Shown: in pieces, positions 39,433 to 51,300 of the stretch
How the letters are laid out: each line of letters opens with the position of its first letter
Position numbering within the stretch: the stretch's first letter is position 1
Assembly (NCBI GenBank): GCA_040954595.2
Contig: CM082578.2
Location: 912,831-976,830, forward strand
Source of the DNA: Balanoglossus misakiensis
Taxonomy: Eukaryota; Animalia; Hemichordata
Direction of reading: 5' to 3'
DNA: 64,000 nucleotides
The notes under the pieces: model-generated
The model's database searches: none
What the model was told of the DNA's origin: nothing
The model's input: the letters and a program-made list of their open reading frames with translations, nothing else
Position numbers and translations under genes: made by a program

Positions 39433-40765
39433 GTTTGTGCGTTTCCCCTTTCTTTTCTCTTCTTCAATTCAACTTATTTTCAGACTCCGTTTTTTTTTTT
39501 CAAATATTACCCAGACTCCTCTACCGAAATCTCTCACTTTTTTTTTTCAGCCAGGATTGTTCACTTTTTTTTTTTTTTGCGCATGCGCATTTATTCCCCA
39601 GGATTTCTCACTCATTTTTTTTTCGGCGCATGCGCATACGCTATTCTTTCAAATGCGTCCGGGTTTTTTTTCAAGTTGTTAAAGACTATTATTTATTTTT
39701 ACAACTGAATGCTCGTTTTTTTAAACACGCTTGTTTTATTTTTTGGATGACAAATATACCATTTTTTACAACTTGGATCTGCCTGAATATTTTGGGAGAC
39801 AAATGTGCCTATATTTTTTTTTTTCAAATTTTATATCGTGTTTTTTTTTCTCAAATTGCCTGTTTTTCTGGGTGACAAATGTTCCTATATTTTTTTTTTT
39901 TTTTGCAAATTGCTCTGCGTTTTTTTTTTCAAATTGCCTGTTTTTTGGGGGGTGACAAATGTTCCTATATTTTTTTTTTGCAAATTGCTCTGCGTTTTTT
40001 TGTTTTTTTTTTCAAATTGCCTGTTTTTTTGGGTGACAAATGTTCGTATTATTTTTTTTTGCAAATTGCTCTGCGTTTTTTTTTTCAAATTGCCTGTTTT
40101 TTTGGGTGACAAATGTTCCTATTTTTTTTTTTTTTGCAAATTGCTCTGCGTTTTTTTTTTAAATTGCCTGGTTCTATTATAAATTTGCTTATTTTTGCAA
40201 CCTCAATGCATCTGCGTTTTTTTTAAGTGGCCCGTTAGTTTTGGGGTGACATGAGTGCGGGTTTTATCGGTGACAAATATCTCCGTTTTTTTATGGCTAA
40301 CATGTTCGTGTTTTTTCTATGTTTGCCTGTGTTGTTTGTTCTGGGGGTGTGCATTTTTTTCAAGTTGTAGTCTCTCTCTCTCTCTCTTTTTTTTTTACAA
40401 AGAGTGTTCTTTTTAATACTTTGTGTGTATTTTTTGTGGGGGTGAAGTGTGCGTTTTTCGTGAAAAATGTGCGCCTCTTTTTTTGTCACAAATGAGTGAT
40501 TTTTTGAGCAACTGCCTTGTGGACGTATTTTTTTCGGTAAGCTTGGTGGGGTTTTTTTGACAACAGGTGACATTTTCTTCTGTGTGTGTTAGGTTTTTTT
40601 TTTTGTTTTTTTGTTTTTTTACTCCACGACGGATTACTTTTTACACTCGTTGTTTTTTGAACCACCAATCAGTTTTTTGTGTGTTTTTTACGTATTTTTT
40701 TAAAAAAAGACATTAATTTTCTATAAAATAATGATAAATAATTTTGAAACACTTGGCGCGCCGTA
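39433..40765. repeat. Right TIR of the IS3EU element
   Basis: Reverse complement of 22308-23601, with a different number of subrepeats. Confidence 0.9.
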
Positions 40766-40804
40766 GTCTGACGACTATGCCTCGAAGCAAAAGACACAGC
40801 CGAC

Positions 40805-43800
40805 TACGGCGCGCCAAGTGTTTCAAAATTATTTATCATTATTTTATAGAAAATTGATGTTTTTTAACAAAAAAAATACGTAAAAACACAAAAAACTGAT
40901 TGGTGGTTTAAAAAACAACGAGTGTAAAAAGTAATCCATCGTGGAGTAAAAAAAACAACAACAACAACAAAAAACCTAACACATACAGAAGAAAATCTCA
41001 CCTGTTGTTAAAAAAAAACCACCAAGCTTACCAAAAAAAACGTCCACAAGGCAGTTGCAAAAAAAAAATCACTTATTTGTCACAAAAAAACCACGCGCAC
41101 ATTTTCCACGAAAAACGCACACTTCACCCCCACAAAAAACACACACAAAGTAGTAAAAAGAACACTCTTTGAAAAAAAAAAAGAGAGACTACAACTTGAA
41201 AAAAATGCACACCCCCAGAACAAACAACACAGGCAAACATGAAAAAACACGAACATGTTAGCCATAAAAAACGGAGATATTTGTCACCGAAAAAAACCCC
41301 CGCACTCATGTCACCCCAAAACTAACGGGCCACTTTAAAAAAACGCAGATGCACTGAGGTTGCAAAAATAAGCACATTTTTAATCCCCCGAAAAAAAACA
41401 GGCAATTTGAAAAAAAAAACCACAGCAATTTGCAAAAAAAAAAAAAAAAATAGGAACATTTGTCACCCAAAAAACAGGCAATTTGCAAAAAAAACGCAGA
41501 GCAATTTGCAAAAAAAAAATATATAGGAACATTTGTCACCCAAAAAAACAGGCAATTTGAAAAAAAAAACGCAGAGCAATTTGCAAAAAAAATATATATA
41601 GGAACATTTGTCACCCAAAAAAAACCAGGCAATTTGAAAAAAAAAACGCAGAGCAATTTGCAAAAAAAAAAATATATAGCAACATTTGTCACCCAAAAAA
41701 AACCAGGCAATTTGAAAAAAAAAAACGCAGAGCAATTTGCAAAAAAAAAATATAGGAACATTTGTCACCCAAAAAAAACAGGCAATTTGAAAAAAAAAAC
41801 ACAGAGCAATTTGCAAAAAAAAAATAATAGGAACATTTGTCACCCAAAAAACAGGCAATTTGAAAAAAAAAAACACGATATAAAATTTGAAAAAAAATAT
41901 ATAGGCACATTTGTCACCCAAAATATTCAGGCAGATCCAAGTTGTAAAAAATGGTATATTTGTCATCCAAAAAATAAAAAAAGCGTGTTTAAAAAAAACG
42001 AGCATTCAGTTGTAAAAATAAATAATAGTCTTTAACAACTTGAAAAAAAACCCGGACGCAATTGAAAGAATATCGTATGCGCATGCGCCGAAAAAAAAAA
42101 TGAGTGAGAAATGCGCTCCAAAAAAAAAAAGTGAGAGATTTTGCTAGAGGAGTCTGGGTAATCTTAAAAAAAAAAACAGAGTGTGAAAATAAGTTGACTC
42201 GAAGAAGAGAAAAGAAAGGGGAAACACACAAACCGTCACACAGGACAAACAACAGTCTCCTCATCGCCGAGGCGTACGTGTGATGATATGACAAGTGTTT
42301 ACGTCTGTGAGGTGGTGTGTATGTGTCGGATAGAACGCGAGTCGACTAGAATCCGAGTCGACTGACGGTTACTGTGGTGGACGCGAATATATTGTCGCCA
42401 TTGTGGGATTCCTTCGTGAAGGAAGTGAAGCCACTTGTTCGGGACCACATATGACCGGAGCGTTGCGTTTAACATGGTCGAACGAACTGTCATTATGAAC
42501 AACTCCTGCTGTAACCTGTGATGCTGAAACGTACAATAACTTTCCATATTCTTTTGTACAGTACACAGAGTTTCAACGCGGATGACGCGGAAACGATCAA
42601 CTATAAATTATGGACTGAGCGACTCCTTTGGGGTATTTGACCTTTTACCAGCCAAATGTAAACAAACGATTTGCGGTGAATTCATACACATGACAACGAT
42701 TTCCCGAAGGTCATTCATACCTCACTTTGAAAAATACAACAAATAACAAACAGTTTCTAAATAAAATATTTTTTTCCAATATTTATAAGTTGTCAATACT
42801 GAGCTGATTTTTTGTATAGTTCGCTAGTACTGCACAGAAGACAGTATTAGTTGTGGGCACCATGCCAACTCTTGGGCAACTTTCAGTTCTGCCGTTTGGG
42901 GTTTAGATTTGTCTTACATCACAGATGATTATGCTACAAATTTCACGATTTCTGTAGACCAAATCTAGAATAGCAAACCGCGGACGTAGTGCCAGTGGTG
43001 TCATGTTTGACTGTGTGGTATCATGACGGTATCATGTTTATGTGGTCCCGAACAAGTGGCTTCTCTTCCTTCACGAAGGAATCCCACAATGGCGACCACA
43101 TATTCGCGTCCACCACAGTAACCTTCAGTCGACTCGGATTCTAGTCGACTCGCGTTCTATCCGACACATACACACACCATCTCACAGACGTAAACACTTA
43201 TCATATCATCACGCGTACGCCTCGGCGATGAGGAGACTGTTGTTTGTCCTGTGTGACGGTTTGTGTGTTTCCCCTTTCTTTTCTCTTCTTCGAGTCAACT
43301 TATTTTCACACTCTGTTTTTTTTTTAAGATTACCCAGACTCCTCTAGCAAAATCTCTCTCTTTTTTTTTTGGAGCGCATTTCTCACTCATTTTTTTTTCG
43401 GCGCATGCGCATACGCTATTCTTTCAAATGCATCCGTTTTTTTTTTCAAGTTGTTAAAGACTATTATTTATTTTTACAACTGAATGCTCGTTTTTTTAAA
43501 CACGCTTGTTTTATTTTTTGGATGACAAATATACCATTTTTTACAACTTGGATCTGCCTGAATATTTTGGGTGACAAATGTGCCTATATATTTTTTTTTC
43601 AAATTTTATATCGTGTTTTTTTTTTTTCAAATTGCCTGTTTTTTGGGTGACAAATGTTCCTATTATTTTTTTTTTTTGCAAATTGCTCTGCGGTTTTTTT
43701 TTTCAAATTGCCTGTTTTTTGGGGTGACAAATGTTCCTATATTTTTTTTTTGCAAATTGCTCTGCGTTTTTTTTTTCAAATTGCCTGGTTTTTTTTGGGT

Positions 43801-44598
43801 GACAAATGTTCCTATATTTTTTTTTTTGCAAATTGCTCTGCGTTTTATTTTTTCAAATTGCATGTTTTTTTTGGGGTGACAAATGTTCCTATTTTTTTTT
43901 TGCAAATTGCTCTGCGTTTTTTTTTCAAATTGCCTGGTTTTTTTGGGGTGACAAATGTTCCTATTTTTTTTTTGCAAATTGCTGTGCGTTTTTTTCAAAT
44001 TGCCTGGTTTTTTTTTCGGGGGATTAAAAATGTGCTTATTTTTGCAACCTCAGTGCATCTGCGTTTTTTAAAGCGGTCCGTTAGTTTTGGGGTGACATGA
44101 GTGCGTGTTTTTTTCGGTGACAAATATCTCAGTTTTTTATGGCTAACATGTTCGTGTTTTTTCTATGTTTGCCTGTGTTGTTTGTTCTGGGGGTGTGCAT
44201 TTTTTTCAAGTTGTAGTCTCTCTTTTTTTTCAAAGAGTGTTCTTTTTAATACTTTGTGTGTATTTTTTGTGGGGATGAAGTGTGCGTTTTTCGTGAAAAA
44301 TGTGCGCGTGGTTTTTTTGTGACAAATAAGTGATTTTTTTTTCAACTGCCTTGTGGGCGTATTTTTTGGTGAGCTTGGTGGTTTTTTTTACAATAGGTGA
44401 GATTTTCTTCTGTGTGTGTTAGTGTTTTTTTGTTTTTTTTTTGTTGTTTTTTTGACTCCACGGTGGATTACTTTTTACACTCGTTGTTTTTTAAACCACC
44501 AATCAGTTTTTTGTGTTTTTTACGTATTTTTTTTGTTAAAAGACATCAATTTTCTATAAAATAATGATAAATAATTTTGAAACACTTGGCGCGCCGTA
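40805..44598. mobile_element. Non-autonomous palindromic IS3EU derivative (3.8 kb)
   Basis: Same TACGGCGCGCC...GGCGCGCCGTA termini; arms ~40805-42452 and ~43041-44598; flanks GCCGAC / CCCGAC (6-bp TSD, one mismatch). Confidence 0.88.
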
Positions 44599-44722
44599 CC
44601 CGACCCTGCCACGCAGATTCATTTGTTGTGTCACACATTTTCGATCCAAGAAGAGAATATCAACCTTGACGTTGCGAAAATGACAAGAAACTTTCACTCA
44701 TATAGGTTGTGTGATTACTTAC

Positions 44723-44809
44723 CCGCAACTTGTTGGGAATTGCTGTCACCAGAGGTGCCCACAGCGTGAAAGCCAGAATGACTGCGACGCCTGCATTGGA
44801 GTTCGTCAT
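44723..44809 (-). pseudogene. Candidate signal-peptide first exon of the interrupted host gene
   Basis: MTNSNAGVAVILAFTLWAPLVTAIPNKLR followed by a consensus GTAAGT donor; same strand as the pentraxin-like and WSC-like exons. Confidence 0.4.
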
Positions 44810-45352
44810 GAATGGAAACATCGATGAACACGTTCGGTCTTCGATGAGGCTAGTGTCCACAGAATAGGCATTCTTTTATAACGCAGCTGGGAGGTGGTAA
44901 ATCCATTGTGATCACCATGCTATTAGTAGCCCAAGCAGTCAAAATTTGCGAAAAATATATAAATATGGAAAAATATATCAATGGGATCAATAGTTATTAA
45001 GCACTTTTTAAAAACAAATGACACCGTAAGATCAATTATCTTGTTTTCCGCGACAAGTTTCAACATGGTATGTCAGCGCTACCAGTGAATAATATTATTA
45101 GAAACTATGACAGCTGTAACCGTGCGATTAATGATTTGATCAATTTTAATCATATACTTGTAAATATTTGCGCGGGTGCTAGTTTAATAAACTGTGTTGA
45201 TATATAGGTGGAAGACTGTTTAGTTTTCCAGTCAATTATGTGATGTATTACGCCTGACGCTTAAATGATTTGGTCCAGGGAGAATAACCGTGTTTGGCCG
45301 GTCAAGCGAACCCTGGATCTTGCAGGCTCTGCCCACTTTCCAATCAACAACC

Positions 45353-48300
45353 ATTGAGCATGCGCAGTTGATACTTCACATTGTAAACAAGATGGCGTCG
45401 CTGTATATGCTTCTGGACCGCTGTCGCCCGACTATGTCGGCAAAGAAGAGACGAATTTAACCAAGCAACGCCATATCGGAAGATAGAATGATCGCGAGAT
45501 GAAACCGGGATATCCAACGATTTGGCAGCCATGTTGATTGAATGGTAAGTCGCCGAAGTAACTATTTGCCATTGATTTGTTTACCAGAAACGGTTTGCCT
45601 TTGGAACACATTTGACCTCACCGAAATTGATTTCAGAGTTTTTTCCCAAGAACTAATGACGTTCGTTTTCACCTTTCTGTCCCGAAGTTGCAAACGTGTT
45701 GTCTCTGAGAAAATAAATGTGATTTGTACCCGCGATAATCATAGTTCGGATTTCAACCCACAACATCAACGCCAGCCATTCACCAACATGTGCCAGATAA
45801 TGTTTATCAGTCATATTTTCTCAGTCTGAATTTACAAAAGACTAATTGTATTGTATGCACATTGCAATTTTAATATGTAACACGTTTGACCTGAGTGGGA
45901 GGATGGATTGAAGGGACACAAGCTTTTGTAGCCACTTAAATTTTGACACTGTTTATATAAATGTTGAGCTGGCATATTTGTTCCCTTATGATGTAGTGTA
46001 CCTGTTGCATTGAAATGAAGCTGTAATATTAAAGTGCAATTTAGTCCTTTGGTTTACTGGGAAAATGAGGTCAATAAATGACAGGTTTATTTAGATATAT
46101 GATATATTTCTCGCAAGCACTTATGCATATGTATGAGATACTTATTTATTTTTAACTTATGTATTTATTTTTAATTTATTTTGTACGTTCAGGTAATCAT
46201 ATGGATTTGTATGGAATCACATACACATTAATTGAAGACTATCATATCACAGAAGTCGAGCCTCCACATGTGTAAGGTAACCATTTAGGTTTCATGACTA
46301 AGTTTGTTTAAGAATTCATAAAGCACGAATTCTACCTAATGAATGAATTTTCTTAGAATTTCACAACTGTGACAGGGTTTGCAGTTATGCGAAAAAGTGT
46401 TATTATTCACATACGAAACTTTTCGTATACATTTTTCTGATGGCAATGCATTTAACTTTGAACAAATATTGACGTCAGTTAGTAGTGCTATTTTGTCAGT
46501 GAAATTGCTTCATCATCATCCCTCCAACCAAAGTTGAAACTGAGTTGCAAATATTGCACAGCTTGAAATCATAAAATGTTGCAAAATTGAACCAACCGTT
46601 CGGTCAACGATTATGTTCTTACAGCTATTATTAGAAGCAGACAAGATACGTGGGCCTGATTTGCAAACTGAGTTGGAACTAACCTTGCCTGCCCATGGAT
46701 GCGCCAATTCAGTGAATCTTATCGTATTAAAAATGAATATGGAGAACTATTCTCTGTGTTGTGATTCAATTGTTAGCCTACATGTATACATATGTACCTT
46801 GAGTGATTCCACTTTCTTCACTGTCCTGTGAATTCAGTTGCCATAACTTGCGCTTCACACAGCGCATACATGTAGGTCTAATCAATTGGGCAACTGGGTC
46901 TTACAATATTATCTGATGCCTCTTACTGGCCGAAGGACCACAAGTTGCATTTTCACATCGCATATAAATAGAAAACCCATTAATTTCTACTGTATGATTT
47001 TATTGACGATTCAGTAGTTTCATGACTGTTAGTGTTAATTACAATACCTAAATTTCCAAATGAAAGCATGCTGTCAGTTTTCATGTGATTGATATTAATT
47101 TTACAATTTCAAAATATGCTTAGCTCTGAATGATTATCAACATATCAAACTTCATGTTAAATAAACTGTCTTGATATTGTATACATTAAGGCCTACTACC
47201 AGTGTCACAACATTGATTTCCTGCATTTTTGCTCATGCCTTCTGACCAGTCAGTTGCCTCTGTATGTGTGTATGTAGTATGTATGGATGTATGTATGTCT
47301 GTCCACATCAAAAACTTGAAAACCCCTTCGCGTATCCCCTTGATATTTGGTGTGTAGATGCAGGCCAGCCTGTAAATAGGATTTTGTTCATATTAAGAAG
47401 GTTGAAGTATTTTCATGATTGGTTTTATTTGATTACTCCAGAAACATACAATACAGAGTCTGTGTGGTAAGTCTTGATATTGGGTTTTTAGATGCAGGCA
47501 CGCCTGTTCAAATGAAATATGCTAATTACCTGGAGCAATGTGAAATTGATCAAAACTCAGAAACTCAACAACTGGTCAGATTGCTTTGAACATTTGTATG
47601 CATGTAGCTTATGTCACGCCTGATATACTTTCAGCTAATATCGTGAATTGTATCTAGAATTTAGTATGCTATTTCCTATAGGTAATCTTTGTTAGTATTG
47701 TTTAAATTGTGGCAAAATTTGTAATTTTTGGGAAATATAATTTTGTCATTTTTGGTCAAAAATCATTTTCTCTGAAACTCCATGTCAGGTCAGGTTGCAT
47801 TTAAATTTTGGTTTGCTTGTTCCATGAGGTAACCCAAGTAATGTTGTATATCATTTTGGTGAAATTTGCATATTTGTGGTCTTGAGGCAATTTTTGCAAT
47901 TTTTATTCTTTGAAACCGCATGTCAGATTGCTTTCAATTTTGGTAGGCATGTTCCTTGTGGTGATTGAAGTGAGATATTGTTGGATTTGTTGATATCTGA
48001 ATTTTTGTGGTTGAGGCAGTTTTTGTCATTGTTGAAGAAATGTTGTTTTCACTGAAAATACTCCGATTCCTGTGAAATTGTATTAGGTTACCTGGTAGGT
48101 CATATCTGCTTGGCAATGTCACAGCGGTGTACACACCTATTTTTGTGTAATCCAAAGTGTCTAATAACCTAGCAAATATTTACTAGTAAATCATGTATGT
48201 TCTACTTCTTACAAGGTTGAAGTATGTTGATGTCTGGGTTAAATGGGATTCTTCAGAAACATACAATACAGAGTTTGTGGTACAGTTCATGGTCACATTC

Positions 48301-51300
48301 AGAATTACCTAGTCTATATCCAGCCGTGTTCTGTCCGCTTTGCTTCCAAAAGTATCGTCTAGTGTCATGCATGCCACTTGCCCAATAATCTGACACCCCT
48401 TGCTGGGAAATTTGATGTAACAAGTGTCCCTTAGTGAAGTTATTAACATAAACTGAACAATGTTGATTTGGCGTAAGATTATAGTGAAGGCAGGGCTTAT
48501 TACATTGAAAATGCTATCCAGCCTTAATTACACATTATGAATATCCTTTGTCCAATCATTGGAAAAACAATGTACCATAGACTTGCATAGCACTTTGAAG
48601 GTGAATCGCAAGTGGTCACTTTCATTACATTACCTCAAGCAGTCTTTTACATGTAGCTATAATAAGACAAACATTCCCGGTGTAATTAACATCACTGTTG
48701 TTATTAGTATCTATCTCCGATAAGTATCAAGTCTGCCTTATGTTATTTTAAGTCAATTGTCAGGTTCATGTACATATTTTACAACTTATCTATCTTGTCA
48801 AAAACTTTCGCATGTACCTAATTCTAGGCTTACCAGTAGGGTTATAGATACAGTTGATGTTGATGGTTAATTAAAGACCCCCTTGAGCTATGGTAACCTC
48901 ATTAAATATGTGCATATCTTATTCTAGTGGATGTGGTAACCTGGACATGGACAACTTCGGGGTCAAAATCTTTTGACAAACTTTTGGGTGATCTTGGGTA
49001 AACTTTGACCTACATTCCTATATCTTGGCATCCGGCACAGATACATCCTTGACACTTGGAGTGATGGAACTATGTAATGGAATATTATGTCTTGCCTCAT
49101 TAATTATGTACATACATAATGCCAGCCTAACCAATAGGGCTGGAAGTCTGCCTTTTTTGGACATGATAAATTTGAGATCAACATTTTTCTACAGCAGCCA
49201 GCCTTCTCTTAAAAAGAATGGACAATATAAAGGCTTTGCTGGTATACTGAACTTTTGACTCCCTCCCTGAGACTGTGTGCCAATGACGGGATAGCCTACT
49301 CAGCGTTGGGTAGATCCCAAGAAGGCCTCAGCCAGGCATCAGATACAAAAAGCGGAAATCCAAGCTTTAAATGGTGGGTTACATCGTTAACTTCCCTGCA
49401 AAGCTGATTTCTCAGACTGTGAGCCAATGACGGGTAAAGCCCCTAGGTAGGGGCCACCTAAGACAGGCCGGTCATGCTTTAGTCACAAAGAAGGGCAAGT
49501 TCAGTCATACCATAACTTTGTCTGCTGTATATGCTTCATAATGATTGCATGGTATTTTGAGAATACATTGTCTTAAGGCAGTGTGACCAGCTAAAAAGTA
49601 CTGGCAAACACAGCCAATGTGTAATAAAAAACATCTCATGTGGCTAAATAAAAGACATAAAACACAGCAAAAGCACTGTGACTAGCTGAGACATAATACT
49701 CCATTATGCATTTCCATCACTCCAAGTGTCAAGGTTGCATCTGCTCTGGATGCCAAGATATAGTAATGTTGGTCAAGGTTTACCCAAAGTCACCCAAAGT
49801 TTTGTCAAACAATTTTGACCCCAATGTTGTCCATGTTTAGGTTTCTCTCTCCACTGGATAGCCTACAATTAGATATGCAAATATTTAATGACGTTACCAT
49901 AGATTAAGGCGGTCCTAAATTAACCATGAAATTATAGTTTCATGTTAATTCTTGTTATTACAAAACACTGTATCTATAACCCTTCTGGAAGCCATACTTT
50001 GTTTCATGCTACCCAATATGTTAAAGTAGGTAAAAAATCAGCCAAGGTTATTTGAAATTTTGCTGAAAAAAATCCGGTCCCTGACATTTGGTAAAGGGGT
50101 CAAGACACTTGGCAACAAATTTGTGTCCCAGATTAGAACATATTCATAAAAAATCAGGGAAAGAAGGAAGTTTTTCACAGCTTTGGTGCTTCAAATAGTA
50201 GAGAGGTTCCCAAGTTATTTCAATGAAACCTTAATGTCAACATTACATCGTTAGACTCAAACTCATCTGGCATAAAGCTGCTAGTTAAAGCCCTAAGGGT
50301 TGTGCCACTTTTTCATTATTTTCATCTAAGATTTGTCAATCTAAATAAGCTTACTGCTAGGTATACATCTACATGAACACCTTGTTGACAGACGATTGTG
50401 GCTGTAATTTAAAGAAGTCAGATATTTAACAGGTACCACACCTGTTTAATCTGCCTCTATACAAAGGGTACACATCTATAGTGGTATGCATCACCTAGAT
50501 ATGACAAACATAAGCACTACAAGTAATATGGCTTTATGGTGGCGATTTTGAAGGATGTGGAGAAGATTTGAAAAACACTCTTGAGGAAAAAGATGTGTTA
50601 AATCTTTGAAATGTGTTTTATTCTTTGGTTCCCATTTCGTATATGTCTATCTACCACTGGGACCAATGTGAAATTGGTGGAAACTGGTCAAATTGCTTTA
50701 GAAATTGGTGTGTATTCATTTTGAGACCTCATGGATTTTTTTTCATTTTTTGAAGTATATTTTTGGGGTGATTTTGGTCAAATACTCAAAAACCTCTACT
50801 CACAGTTCTTTGAAATTTGGTTTGCAGGTTCCTAGGTGTGTTATCACGACATTTTAACAAATCCTATGATGGAAGTGTCAATATAGTTTTTGTGGACAAT
50901 TTTTGCCATTTTGTTTGATTGCTTTGCAATTTTTTGTTTTGCAGTTTCCAGGGGATTTTTTTAATGTGATATATCATAAATGTTCTGAAAATGAAAAAAT
51001 TGTATTTTGGGGGCATAAAAAAAATTCTCAGAAAGTGTATGGTTGATCACTTTAAAAGTTTAGTTGTGAGTTAATGATATGTGCTTCTTTAGAATGATAA
51101 TTGAATCAAATCATAGCTGAATTAGTTTTTTTGTTTATTTTGTTAGATATTTTTTCCTTATACCTCAAAAATTCTTATTATAAAAGGGAAATTACCATTA
51201 CATAGTTGTTTGCAATTAAGGAGGACCCCCTCCCCCACTGAAAATCGTATACACCTTGATCTCTCTATGTCTGTATTCATATCTGTATGTATGTTTTACA

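Larger units (their letters stand above)
22308..40765 (+). mobile_element. Large IS3EU-type DNA transposon (18,458 bp) with cargo gene
   Basis: Termini TACGGCGCGCCAAGTGTTTC ... GAAACACTTGGCGCGCCGTA; 7-bp TSD GTCTGAC at 22301-22307 and 40766-40772; ~1.3-kb TIRs; encloses an IS3-like integrase-core transposase. Confidence 0.9.

Noticed and set aside
22563-44345. Many F/K-rich ORFs in 22.5-23.6, 39.3-42.3 and 43.0-44.3 kb
   Set aside because: They are translations of A/T-tract TIR subrepeats, open in several frames on both strands.
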